Source: a virus
Direction: 5' to 3' (one strand)
Virus record (IMG/VR): IMGVR_UViG_3300021420_000014
DNA length: 64,000 nt
Below, in pieces: positions 47,392 through 57,747 of this stretch. Position numbers and translations under genes: made by a program. Position 1 is the stretch's first letter. Each line of letters begins with the position of its first letter. The notes below the pieces were generated by a model. It did no database searches. It had not been told where the DNA came from and saw only the letters and a program-made list of their open reading frames with translations.

Positions 47392-48249
47392 ATGGGAGCG
47401 CATACCGTTTGGAAGGGACATTTGTCTTTCGGCTTGTTGAATATCCCGGTACGGTTGTACGTAGGAGCCCGGGACAAACGCGTTGAACTGCATACCTATC
47501 ACACCAAATGCAATGGTCCGGTCAAAGAACCGAAGTATTGCAACGCCTGCCAAGAGATGCTGGCTCCGGAACAAATCTACAAGGGCTATGCAATCGACGG
47601 GAAGATCGTTCAGATTACCAAAGAAGAGATCGAACAGCTTACGCCAAGCAGCGGAAAAGTGTTGGAGATTACAGAATGCGTCAAGTGGGCCGACGTCGAC
47701 CCACTCTATCTGGCCGAATCCTTTTATTTACTGCCAGAAGATGTCGGCCGCAAAGCCTACGGTCTCCTCGTCAAGACGCTCACCGATACTGGCCGTGTCG
47801 CCATTGCTCAACTAGCCAAGTCAGGCAGGGAGAACGTAATTCTCTTGCGGCCCAAAGGCAATGGGCTGATCGTTCATTACATTTGGTATCCGACAGAGAT
47901 TGCAAGACTCGCTGAATTCGAAGATCTGGAAGCGGTCGCGTTCACAGCGTCCGAACTGAAATTGGCACGACAACTGGCCGAAAGTTTCGATTCCGAATTC
48001 AATCCCGAGATATTCGAAGATGGCTACTACATGCGCTTAACTCAATTGATCGAATCCAAGCTGGACAAGTCGGTCCAGGCACCGCAAGCGGTCAATGTTG
48101 CAGTCGCTCCTCCGGCCCAAGATCTCATGGCCGCGCTGTCTGCTTCACTCGCTACTCCCAAGCCGCGTCGGTCGATCAAGTTGAATGCTGAGCCAGAGCC
48201 GGCGAAAGTTGCTGAAAAAACCAAGGGCAAGAAAGGCAAGGCGGCCTAA
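47392..48249 (+). CDS. ku: Ku DNA end-binding protein
   Basis: WKGHLSFGLLNIPVRLY..KGY..YLLP..DLMAALSASL. Confidence 0.92.
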   Translation: MGAHTVWKGHLSFGLLNIPVRLYVGARDKRVELHTYHTKCNGPVKEPKYCNACQEMLAPEQIYKGYAIDGKIVQITKEEIEQLTPSSGKVLEITECVKWADVDPLYLAESFYLLPEDVGRKAYGLLVKTLTDTGRVAIAQLAKSGRENVILLRPKGNGLIVHYIWYPTEIARLAEFEDLEAVAFTASELKLARQLAESFDSEFNPEIFEDGYYMRLTQLIESKLDKSVQAPQAVNVAVAPPAQDLMAALSASLATPKPRRSIKLNAEPEPAKVAEKTKGKKGKAA

Positions 48250-49433
48250 TGAGTCATTATGCGGTCCTAGTTATAGGTGACGATCCTGAAGGGCAGTTGG
48301 CTCCATTCCATAAGTTTGAGAGTACTGGCGACGATAACCAGTACGTTCAAAACATAGATCAAACCGAAGAGGCTCGCGCTCAATACACTGAGCACACCAC
48401 CACGCGATACCGTGATCCAGAGGGAATACTTCACAATCCTTATACAGAAGAAGGTAATGCCAAGCCACAGTTTTGGCGCGATCCAACGCCAGAAGAGATA
48501 GCGGAGCACGGCAAAATGTTTGGCTCTGGCTTTGGCGGTGGTATCCGCTGGCTTTCAACAGATTGGAACGACGGCCTGGGCTACCGTGCCAAAGTTTTCC
48601 AATTGCCGGAGGGCTGGAATGAAGTTGAGGTTCCGACTCCCGAAGCAGAGACACTCGCCAAGTTTGTTGAAGGCTGGTATGGCCATAAAGTTGTTCCCTT
48701 TGGCGAACAGCCTGACCTGGTTGGCAAACACAAATACGGCTACACGCTGGTAGATTCGGGCGGCACAGTCGTGAAAGTTGTTGATCGCACAAACCCAAAC
48801 AAAAAATGGGATTGGTATTCGGTAGGTGGCCGCTGGACCGGCTATTTCAAATTGAAAGCGGTTGGCGTTGGCGTCCTGGGCAAACCAGGAATCCAAGCAA
48901 TAGCTTCAGATTACAAAGCACCTGAGAGAGACCGCGCCGATCTGTGCCGGAAATGCGACATAGACATCGAGGGAATGCGCAATGAAGCAGAAGAAAAGGC
49001 AGCAAGAAAATACGATCTAGTGTGGTCGATCATAGGAGCACACCAGCGTCCTCTAACCTGGGAGGAAGTAAAAAAACTTCATCAAAACGGTGTCGATGGG
49101 AAAGGTAGACCTAACGTCGATTTTGACGCCGCTAGAAAATACTACAATCAGCAACCTGCGGTAGTCGCGCTTCGTGAAAACGAAACGGCAACATGGTATG
49201 AGGTGGACGACTTTCTGGTAGCGCGTGAAGAGTATTTGCGCCGAGCACGCGCCGGGGCTCTGACGACGTTTGCAGTCATCAAAGATGGCCAGTGGTACGA
49301 GCGAGGCAGCATGGGCTGGTGGGGAGTCGTCTCGAACGAGGAAGACCACGACGAATGGAATATCAAGTTCGCGTCTCTGATCGATGGACTGCCAGACGAT
49401 ACGATTCTAACGATTATTGATTGCCATATCTAA
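48249..49433 (+). CDS. conserved phage hypothetical protein
   Basis: MSHYAVLVI..NPNKKWDWYSVGGRW..IDCHI. Confidence 0.7.
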   Translation: MSHYAVLVIGDDPEGQLAPFHKFESTGDDNQYVQNIDQTEEARAQYTEHTTTRYRDPEGILHNPYTEEGNAKPQFWRDPTPEEIAEHGKMFGSGFGGGIRWLSTDWNDGLGYRAKVFQLPEGWNEVEVPTPEAETLAKFVEGWYGHKVVPFGEQPDLVGKHKYGYTLVDSGGTVVKVVDRTNPNKKWDWYSVGGRWTGYFKLKAVGVGVLGKPGIQAIASDYKAPERDRADLCRKCDIDIEGMRNEAEEKAARKYDLVWSIIGAHQRPLTWEEVKKLHQNGVDGKGRPNVDFDAARKYYNQQPAVVALRENETATWYEVDDFLVAREEYLRRARAGALTTFAVIKDGQWYERGSMGWWGVVSNEEDHDEWNIKFASLIDGLPDDTILTIIDCHI

Positions 49434-49457
49434 ACGTCTGAAGGAGCCGTCGTTTTT

Positions 49458-49820
49458 ATGAGCCGTGAGCTAATGATTAGGTTGGCTGACGTCTGGGCCA
49501 GCCTTGCCACAAGACCATTCATATGCACACAGGCCGCTGACGAATCTCGCGCAATTGTTGGCGGCATCATTTATGGCTATTACGCCGAAGATAATCCTAC
49601 TGCTTTCCTTGGGCATGACGAAGGCGGACACGATTTCTTAGTCGTCGACGACCGTTGGATTCTTGATTTTTGGGCCGCAGCCTACTATGGGGAAATGCCC
49701 GTTTGGGATCTGCATGAGCCAAGTGATGCCGCGGATATCGCTAGGCTCTATGGCCCACGCGACAAGTGGACCAATATCGACACTCGGCCGAAGGAACCTA
49801 GATTCTTGGAGGATAACTAA
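49458..49820 (+). CDS. hypothetical protein
   Basis: AAGGAG SD. Confidence 0.5.
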   Translation: MSRELMIRLADVWASLATRPFICTQAADESRAIVGGIIYGYYAEDNPTAFLGHDEGGHDFLVVDDRWILDFWAAAYYGEMPVWDLHEPSDAADIARLYGPRDKWTNIDTRPKEPRFLEDN

Positions 49821-50188
49821 TGAATAACGAAGCAATAAGTAAAGCATTGGCGGATCTCAAGGCGATGTTGCCGGATCTGAAAGCTGCGCACATTATTATC
49901 GTTTCTATGGCGTACAGCGGCAGCGGCGACGAAGGTACTACGGAACCGGCTAAATTCTTTGCCAAGTTCTCTGATGAACCCGAAGTCGAAATAATCCCAT
50001 CCGGCGAACTCAGCAAAAAGATCAACAGTATTTTCGAGACCATCTTGTTGGAAGAATTGGGCGGTTGGGACCAAAACGAGGGCTCGACCGGGACGTTCCA
50101 GCTCCACGTTGAAGCTGGCGAGCTCGACATCAATCATAACTGGTACGTGCAATCAACCGAGGAAGATCCACGGAAGTTCACACTCTAA
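49820..50188 (+). CDS. DUF6878-like protein
   Basis: YSGSGDEG..GWDQNEGSTG. Confidence 0.6.
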   Translation: MNNEAISKALADLKAMLPDLKAAHIIIVSMAYSGSGDEGTTEPAKFFAKFSDEPEVEIIPSGELSKKINSIFETILLEELGGWDQNEGSTGTFQLHVEAGELDINHNWYVQSTEEDPRKFTL

Positions 50189-50535
50189 TGCACCCACTTC
50201 ATCATGCTCAGTCGTCTGTCAAAAAGTACGGTGGCCAGGTAGAGGATTATCTGCCTATTCACAATTGGTTCGACGAATCAAAAAGTTTTCACGCCACATT
50301 TCGCCATAGAGCACTGCGGCATCATTCCGAAGGCATCTTCATGGCCGAGCGCATCTTTGGCGTTTCGATTCGCAACTCAGACGGCAAAGAGATTCCCACC
50401 CGATTCATCGGGGAACAACACGTCCTCGAAGACTGCGGCTTTATCCCATCGGTCTCTGACTGGCTGAAGAATATCAAGCCAGAGTCCTGGATGTTGCGCG
50501 TAGGCAAGAAGTCATTGGAATTGGAGAAACTATGA
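50188..50535 (+). CDS. DUF6915-like protein
   Basis: HPLHHAQSS..YLPIHNWFDESK..HRALRHH..EQHVLED. Confidence 0.7.
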   Translation: MHPLHHAQSSVKKYGGQVEDYLPIHNWFDESKSFHATFRHRALRHHSEGIFMAERIFGVSIRNSDGKEIPTRFIGEQHVLEDCGFIPSVSDWLKNIKPESWMLRVGKKSLELEKL

Positions 50536-51268
50536 ACTGCTATGGATGTGGAGAACCGATTACAACCGTTCACTGCTTGGTATTTCAGGAAAGCCATGTT
50601 CCGCAAGGACAACGCGGCTGTGAAATCTCATTCAAATTCATGGCTACCGAAGAAGCCGAACAGCGTGGCCGAGCCGCCTTTGGCGGAATGGGCTGCGCGA
50701 CAAGCCACTTCAATATTTGGATGATAAAGCATACAACTCCGGAAGGGCAGGTGGCTCATTCATGAATCAAGACGCAATGGCAGCAGCGAAGCGTGCTACA
50801 GCACGCCGGCTCGTCTCAAAACATATCGCTTCGTTAAAAAGTTTATTGGCAGACGCCAAGCGAAAATCGGCCAACCAAACACCAGCCTGGAACGCCAGTC
50901 AGGAAATAGTTGACGCTCTCGAATTGGTCCTGAATCTGAGCCTTCCCACAGAGACTCCGAACGAGAAGCTTTTGTACGCAGCCAAAGCGGTCCGAGATGG
51001 ATGGGGCACAACCTGACCGAACCGATGGGTCGCTTAAACGAGGCTATCGATGAATGCGAGGCCAAATGAATCCAGATGAGCCAGTTGGATTTCCGCGAGA
51101 GCTCATGGTCAAGCAATTCGTTGGCAAGGTTCGCGGCAACTATTGCGATTTCCTTGTATTCACAACCGGTGATCCGAAGTATTTGCTGTTCTGTCCTTTG
51201 GATCGATATGGCTGCCAGGGAACATTGCAATTTCCAATCAAGAAAACCGATCTTTGCCGTGATTGGAA

Positions 51269-51637
51269 GAAAAGGATGATCGTGTGACTACGAAATGGAA
51301 AGTTCCATTGTGGATGAAGCCGTACCTAACCTTCGTCACCGTTCCTCATGGTCTTGAGGTTGAAGACGTGATGAACGGCAGTTCTTTGATGATTCCAACA
51401 CTCGTGGAAAATACCGTGAAAGGCCAAGTCGCGTTGCTTATGACAATGCACGAACACGGTTGCCTTCCAGAACAGCCTAATAAATATGCGCTAGGCACAA
51501 AGGTTATCGATATCAATGGGCGCACCGGCCAAGTCAGAGAAGTCTTATGGTCAGTTGGCTATCTCTTAGACGATCAGGATTGCACCGAATTGAACCAAGA
51601 GGACGAAATAAAACTAGGACTGGTGAAACAACATTGA
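51269..51637 (+). CDS. hypothetical protein (start uncertain)
   Basis: ORF in dense early operon. Confidence 0.35.
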   Translation, partial: EKDDRVTTKWKVPLWMKPYLTFVTVPHGLEVEDVMNGSSLMIPTLVENTVKGQVALLMTMHEHGCLPEQPNKYALGTKVIDINGRTGQVREVLWSVGYLLDDQDCTELNQEDEIKLGLVKQH

Positions 51638-51835
51638 ATCACTATCCTGTACTCAGCCAGCGGAACGCACTGAAAAGCCGCTGTCCTCGCGGTCACGTCT
51701 ACAACAAACGCAATACGCGCATCGATTCACGCGGCTGGCGGCGATGTAAACCATGCGAACGCATTCAAAACCGAGAAGCCAAACGCAGGCTGTATAAGTT
51801 TGGTTCCAGAAAAAGTGTGAGCCAACAGGAGCTAT

Positions 51836-52114
51836 ATGAGTTGGAGGGTTCCAAAAAAGTGTTCAAACTGCCCCTTCCGTACTAGTGGCATAGGCCTTCA
51901 TTTGCGCCGTTCGCTTCGCCCGGGCCGGTGGCGCGGGATCCTTGACGGACTTAGGCGCGGAGAAGCTTTTGAATGCCACAAGACCGTAGCGCACAACGAA
52001 GATGGCGATTCAGTTGCCGGCACAGGCTTGATGTGCGCTGGTGCGATCGAATGGCTCGACCGCCATAGCATATCGAATCAATTTGTGCGGATCATGGAGC
52101 GGATTCATGGATGA
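51836..52114 (+). CDS. DUF6283-like Cys/His protein
   Basis: CSNCPFR..FECHKT..MCAG. Confidence 0.6.
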   Translation: MSWRVPKKCSNCPFRTSGIGLHLRRSLRPGRWRGILDGLRRGEAFECHKTVAHNEDGDSVAGTGLMCAGAIEWLDRHSISNQFVRIMERIHG

Positions 52115-53795
52115 ACTAATCCTCAAGAAGATCCTGTCCGAGCATGAGTTCAAGCTGTATTTGGAAGCCGTAACTGGTCACACAACCGATGCCATTAAGG
52201 GCACGGCGGCCTACGACTACATTCACGAAAAAGCTGACCTTCATAAAGTGGAAGAGGACCCGCGCTATCTAGGTGCGCATCGAGAGCCTGACGGCGCGTT
52301 GCTGCTCTTCACCGATGGTTCTAGTTCGTTGATAAAAACGCATCATCACATTGAATTCAAGCCTTCCGGTCGTGGGAAAGCAAGGATTCCGCCGAATCCT
52401 GATTATCCAAACGGTCGAAGGCTAGATGTTACTGAAGGACAAGAAGCTAGTTGCTATGTGAATCTGCCTTATCCGGCTCCAGAGTGTGGCATATGGATAG
52501 TCGAATGCGGCAAATGCAGAACCAATGCTGCGGTCACTGCCGCAGGTCGGCCTGACGATCCGATCAGCATTAAGATTCCGTGTAAAAAAGATAGTCATAG
52601 TCAAGGTACGTATCGTAGAGCCGATGGTGTGTTGGGCGAACGATTGGTCTTCAAAGCAGGATTCGACGTGCCTGACGACGATCATGCTGCCTTGGTTCCG
52701 AAAGCAGTAGCATACGACAAAAAAGGAAAAGGAATGATTATCGACCGACTCATCTACGACTACCGATACGATGCCGTACTGACAATCAAGCTGATGCAGA
52801 CCATGGATGACAAGGCATCGCAACAGGAAGCAGCCGTTAAGGCGCACATGCAGCACAAATATGCGGATTCCTTGGAATCGTCGGTGCGATATTGGCTCGA
52901 CGTGCGTGAAATAGAAAAGTTCAGGACCGTGAAGATTCGGTGGAAACACTTTCCGCCTTGCATCCACGATCAAATGTTCATTGAATTCAACGGAGAGCTG
53001 AAGTTTGATTTTCGACCATGGAAACGCCCAGATATTTTTGTGTCGGAGACCGAACAAAATCTAAAGCCTGCACCGCTAGTATTGGCTCCCTATAGTCTGC
53101 CAGATACGACTTATCGTGCCGTGCATATCCAAAGGAACTTACCACCGCATAAATTTTTTGGATGGCCTGAAGACAAACCGGTAATTCGCGCCACATGGTA
53201 TGAAAAACCGATGTGGATTAAGCATCCTGAACTTGGCGATATACCCGCTATAGACAACTATGTCGTCACGCTTTGCGAGTCCGTCTGGCCTAAAAGGTTG
53301 GACGTTTTCAAAGTTGGCGATCCAGATGAGATTGCCCACCCAGGCGAAAGAGCACACGCGGATCGGCTGATGTTTATGACAGCCAATCTCATGTACTTCT
53401 TGGCCGCTGAGAATATCGTCAAGGTTCGGATTCGGCCAGAACATCACGAACGCTGCGGACGCGAGCTCTCCGGGCTTCCAAAATCCGACAAGCCATACTA
53501 TGTTCTGCCGTTTCAGTTGCCGCGCTATAGGTACCTACACCGTGACGATGAGAAGCCAAATGGAACCACCGGCCGGCATGTGAGCGTTTGCTTTGATGTC
53601 CGCGGCCACTTCCGACATTTAGATGCCCAACGATTCGAGCGTGACGCCAACGGCAATGTGCGCGTAATTTGGATCGGCGGTCACCAGCGCGGCTTAGGCC
53701 ACGTTTACCGGCCGACTGTCCGGCGAGGATTGATAAGCCATTTATTTCTAGATTATGACAAATTTATCGCTCAGGAGACAAAGCGTGCTAGGTAA
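52107..53795 (+). CDS. large multidomain hypothetical protein
   Basis: C-terminal VRGHFRHL..IWIGGHQRG motif. Confidence 0.6.
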   Translation: MDELILKKILSEHEFKLYLEAVTGHTTDAIKGTAAYDYIHEKADLHKVEEDPRYLGAHREPDGALLLFTDGSSSLIKTHHHIEFKPSGRGKARIPPNPDYPNGRRLDVTEGQEASCYVNLPYPAPECGIWIVECGKCRTNAAVTAAGRPDDPISIKIPCKKDSHSQGTYRRADGVLGERLVFKAGFDVPDDDHAALVPKAVAYDKKGKGMIIDRLIYDYRYDAVLTIKLMQTMDDKASQQEAAVKAHMQHKYADSLESSVRYWLDVREIEKFRTVKIRWKHFPPCIHDQMFIEFNGELKFDFRPWKRPDIFVSETEQNLKPAPLVLAPYSLPDTTYRAVHIQRNLPPHKFFGWPEDKPVIRATWYEKPMWIKHPELGDIPAIDNYVVTLCESVWPKRLDVFKVGDPDEIAHPGERAHADRLMFMTANLMYFLAAENIVKVRIRPEHHERCGRELSGLPKSDKPYYVLPFQLPRYRYLHRDDEKPNGTTGRHVSVCFDVRGHFRHLDAQRFERDANGNVRVIWIGGHQRGLGHVYRPTVRRGLISHLFLDYDKFIAQETKRAR

Positions 53796-54009
53796 GCACG
53801 AATATCTGAAACGGCGCAAAGAACTAAAGCGAGAATTGCGCGCGGCTAAAAAAGAACAGCGTCGTCTTAATAAAGAGCTCCAAAGGTTGGATGCTGAATT
53901 AGACGCAGCGGCAGCAAAATTGGGCGATGCCATTGTAGACGAAGGCAAAGTCGTACTGCTTGACGGTGGATCGTCGCTCGTTGCCAGACATAAACCTGTC
54001 AAACCGTAG

Positions 54010-54038
54010 TTGACATACCGTACCTACCACGATATAAT
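54010..54038 (+). promoter_or_regulatory. consensus sigma70 promoter TTGACA-N17-TATAAT
   Basis: Spacer TACCGTACCTACCACGA related to 40840. Confidence 0.9.
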
Positions 54039-54076
54039 AATAGAACTAGCAGTCAATTCTCAAAAGGGAGAATCTT

Positions 54077-54823
54077 ATGCTCAAAAAGTTTAAGCCGTTG
54101 GCGCATTCCGATGAATTTGGCTATGCCTACGATTCTCAGGCCATGGATTTCAATGCTCCGTTTTTAGATCACTTCCGTATCTACCACACCTACGGTCACG
54201 ATCTGGTTCAGCATTCACCGGACTGGTCTGTGACCGTCGATCAGGCAGCTGATTATCTCGCATCACTCGCCGAGGCCATGAAAGACGATCAGGAATTGCT
54301 TGAGGCCGTGCGGTTCCATATTTCGCGCCGGCCAAGCAGGAAAGAGATCGAATTCGCCGCATCGATCAAGTGGAAAGAGGATTCGAAGGTCCGCTATTTC
54401 TCGGTCGCCGAACAGAGAATCTCATCCTCTGACAGCAAACGCCACGACAAGCGGTATCAAGAAATCGGATCTCAGTGCGACGGCACTGCCCAATCGATCT
54501 TTCGCATTTTGGTCCGAGAATACGCCGCTGGCTTAGAGCGTTATTGTTATGCCCACGCCATACGTGAATGGTGCCTTGAAAACGGCAGCAATGATGATCG
54601 GCCATACATGCAGTTGCCTGGCCTATTCATGAATTGGTTCAAATCACCTGCCGGTCGTGACAAACGCGAGGAAGCGCAGCGGATTAATGATGGCTACGAA
54701 GCGTGCTGGTATTTAGTCCAGGCTTCCTACAATCGTGCGGCAGCGGAAGCTGCCATAAGAAACTACCAAAATAAACTGCACAAGACGGAACCTACACCGG
54801 AATCGTCATGCTCCGCAGAGTGA
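54077..54823 (+). CDS. hypothetical early protein
   Basis: CAAAAGGGAGAATC SD context after promoter. Confidence 0.65.
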   Translation: MLKKFKPLAHSDEFGYAYDSQAMDFNAPFLDHFRIYHTYGHDLVQHSPDWSVTVDQAADYLASLAEAMKDDQELLEAVRFHISRRPSRKEIEFAASIKWKEDSKVRYFSVAEQRISSSDSKRHDKRYQEIGSQCDGTAQSIFRILVREYAAGLERYCYAHAIREWCLENGSNDDRPYMQLPGLFMNWFKSPAGRDKREEAQRINDGYEACWYLVQASYNRAAAEAAIRNYQNKLHKTEPTPESSCSAE

Positions 54824-54990
54824 TCGGGCAGGTGATTTGGTACTTTGTGGCTGACCGCGTTGAACAATTGGCTTGCGCTTGCAATCGCGATCTAATTGAC
54901 GAGGATGACTTGCAAAGTGAGCTTCGGGATGTTCGGCACGATATACGGCTAGTTGATCGCCGCGTCGATGAACTTGAGGGCGAAGTATAG

Positions 54991-55530
54991 ATGGTCCAAA
55001 CGCTGTTCGGCACAATTGAGAACAAGGCCGAGGCCCGGGAGCGCGCCCAAAAGATGGCCGAGCTATATGACGCGCTGCGTGAGGCTCCGGAAGCACTCGA
55101 TTGCCGACGGGTACAGATTGGGGACCTGACTTACTTCATCGAACGCAGCAACGCTTGCAAGCTGGACTTAAACGACCATGATGGCCTGCATCGCCTGATT
55201 GGAGATCCAGAAGAATTAATAACGGCTCGCGACTGCGCCTTCATGCGCCGACACAAACGCTGGTGGCGTAAAACACCAAAAGGCTACCTGGGATATTCAG
55301 CTGCGATCTATTGCGCGACACTTCACCCAAAGGAAATCAAGTATCTCGAAGATCAACGGATATGGATTCAGGACGAGATTGACTCAATCGAAACAAATGT
55401 CCCGATCATTCGCGAACAGGTAAAAGCTTTGAAGGCTGTAGCACCACTGCCGGAAGATATTGCCAAACGGCACGGCCTGACTGTAGATGGCGATCCACTG
55501 AAACCAATCGAGGAGAAAGCAAAATGTTAA
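54991..55530 (+). CDS. hypothetical protein
   Basis: GAGGG SD; 179 aa. Confidence 0.5.
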   Translation: MVQTLFGTIENKAEARERAQKMAELYDALREAPEALDCRRVQIGDLTYFIERSNACKLDLNDHDGLHRLIGDPEELITARDCAFMRRHKRWWRKTPKGYLGYSAAIYCATLHPKEIKYLEDQRIWIQDEIDSIETNVPIIREQVKALKAVAPLPEDIAKRHGLTVDGDPLKPIEEKAKC

Positions 55531-55850
55531 GATTTGGGACCCAATCAATCGACATAGGAAAGCTGACCGAAGATGAAACCGCGGACCTGTTCATAGCTGC
55601 GGCTAAATCCCTTAGAGAAGAAAGGCTGTTGGAGTCGTTCGATCTGATTCTGACCACAAAGCAAAAAGAAGAGTTGGGCGAGACATGGTTCAACATCGAT
55701 TCTGGACCACGATGAAGCGCCAATGCCGATTCTGTAAAGAACGGACTGGCGCGATCACTTGTTTTCGTATTCCGACAAGAAATAGCAATCCTTTTATTTA
55801 TGCTCACGAAAAATGCTTCCGGCAATGGCTTGAGGCTTGCTTAGCCAAAC

Positions 55851-56672
55851 TTGAACAACGGTAGCCTGCCGAGAAAAGGCAAAGGGAGAATAAAAATACG
55901 CCGAATCATTAAAAATCGATGCCCACACTGCGGCCGTATTCGCGGCACTGGCCATACATGTCCCACATTCAACTGGCGATTCAAAGACCTAACAGGCAGG
56001 AGATTCTCTAGGCTTACCGTAATATCTTTAGCCAAAGAGAAAAGGCGCAATCAATTAACGTGGGTATGCGTGTGCACGTGCGGCAACAAGATCATCGTTA
56101 CCACTGGAGATCTAAAAACTGGCAACACTAGAAGCTGTGGATGCATAAGGCATAAAAACATAGCTGGCGAACGCTTCGGATTATTGATTGCGATAAAACG
56201 CGATGGTTACATCCGGAGGCACAAGGCTTGGTTGTGCAAATGCGACTGTGGCAACGAAACGCGTGTTCCATACGGCCGTCTTACTGCCAGAGCGGTAATT
56301 AGCTGTGGCTGTCAGAGAGGTGGCCACAATAGACTTCCTAATCATCTAGCACGCAGGCGAAGAATTTTTTACCACTATCATAGATGGAGTGCACGGCTAG
56401 GAAGGCCGTTCCGCCTTAGCTTTAGGCAAGTAGACCGCCTTATTAAAAAGTCTTGCTATTACTGCGGCCACAAAACCGATGTTTCATCCGGACACTTTAA
56501 TGGCATAGATCGAGTAGATAACACCATCGGATACGTTGCTGCAAATGTGGTGCCATGTTGTTGGCAATGCAATCGAATGAAAGGCAAGTTGTCACACGAC
56601 GACTTCATCGCGCGGTGTATTCAGATAAATAAATTACACAAGGGAGAATTAAATGAAATCAATAATACTTGA
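55851..56672 (+). CDS. HNH endonuclease with CxCxCG/SCGC repeats (start TTG 55851 or ATA 55896)
   Basis: DLTGRRFSRL..WVCVCTCG..SCGC twice; CYYCG..GIDRVDN..PCCWQCN. Confidence 0.75.
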   Translation: MNNGSLPRKGKGRIKIRRIIKNRCPHCGRIRGTGHTCPTFNWRFKDLTGRRFSRLTVISLAKEKRRNQLTWVCVCTCGNKIIVTTGDLKTGNTRSCGCIRHKNIAGERFGLLIAIKRDGYIRRHKAWLCKCDCGNETRVPYGRLTARAVISCGCQRGGHNRLPNHLARRRRIFYHYHRWSARLGRPFRLSFRQVDRLIKKSCYYCGHKTDVSSGHFNGIDRVDNTIGYVAANVVPCCWQCNRMKGKLSHDDFIARCIQINKLHKGELNEINNT

Positions 56673-57747
56673 GTATTCAGATTTAGGCGTTGGTGGATCA
56701 AGTCATAAAGAATATAGGATCCACCTGCAGAAGGCACAAGACGGCTACTCGATAACATTTGAATTCGGCAGACTTGGTTCAACACTTCAGACAGGTAGTA
56801 AAGCCCAATCGGTCCCTCTTGATGAAGCGGAACATATTTTCGACCGTCTGGTTGCCGACAAGATGCGCAATGGCTATCAGCCAGTCAAGAACGGCTCGGC
56901 CCAGGCCCCAGTGCCGGTGCCTATCGCCGCGCTTGGTGCGCGCACGCCCTTTCCAGCTGAACTGCTCGAAGAGATCACCGAAGAACAACTTGCCACCTAC
57001 ATGGAAAGAGAAGATTACTGGATAGAACTCAAGGCAAACGGGCAGCGCCGCCAAGTCCAAAAACTCGGTCCAGGCAAGTACACTGGCTTCAACAAATTGG
57101 GCACGTCTGTCGCGCTCCCTGCTCCATTGGTCAACGATCTGGAGAGGTTCGACGCCAAGACGTTCTTTATCGACGGCGAGCTCATCGGGGACGACCTGAT
57201 CGTTTACGACCTACTGGAGATCAACGGCAAAAATATCTCTATGCTTCCCTATCGGGACCGCTGCGAACATCGCGCCAAACTTATTCCACGCAAACAGCAG
57301 CGGTCGCACGTGGAAATTATCTCTACATGGAAAACGAAGATGCAAAAACGCATCGGCTTCCGTAGCGTCCAAGAAGCCAGAGCGGAAGGCATCGTGGCGA
57401 AATTCATTCATGCCGTTTACCAAGGCGGCCGACGAGGAGATCACAAAAAATTCAAATTCACCAAGATGGCTACCTTCAAAGTGATTCGCGTCGGAGACAA
57501 GGGCCACAACAGTGCGACCGTCGCGTTACTCGACAATGGCAAATGGCGCGAGATGGGCCGTGCCAGCTTAATTGGAAAGGATAAGAGAATCTGTACCGGC
57601 TCATTGGTTGAAATTCGTTTCCTTTACGTGCAGGGCGAGAACGGCCGGCTTTACCAGCCGCGAATCATCGGGCTACGAACGGACGTCAATGAAAGCGAGT
57701 GTACGATGGCGCAATTAAAAGTAGCCTACAAAGGTGCTGTGTCCTGA
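56653..57747 (+). CDS. ATP-dependent DNA ligase with N-terminal WGR domain
   Basis: FGRLG (WGR); ELKANG, IDGEL, YDLL, EGIVAK, KFK ligase motifs; C-terminal OB-like region. Confidence 0.85.
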   Translation: MKSIILEYSDLGVGGSSHKEYRIHLQKAQDGYSITFEFGRLGSTLQTGSKAQSVPLDEAEHIFDRLVADKMRNGYQPVKNGSAQAPVPVPIAALGARTPFPAELLEEITEEQLATYMEREDYWIELKANGQRRQVQKLGPGKYTGFNKLGTSVALPAPLVNDLERFDAKTFFIDGELIGDDLIVYDLLEINGKNISMLPYRDRCEHRAKLIPRKQQRSHVEIISTWKTKMQKRIGFRSVQEARAEGIVAKFIHAVYQGGRRGDHKKFKFTKMATFKVIRVGDKGHNSATVALLDNGKWREMGRASLIGKDKRICTGSLVEIRFLYVQGENGRLYQPRIIGLRTDVNESECTMAQLKVAYKGAVS

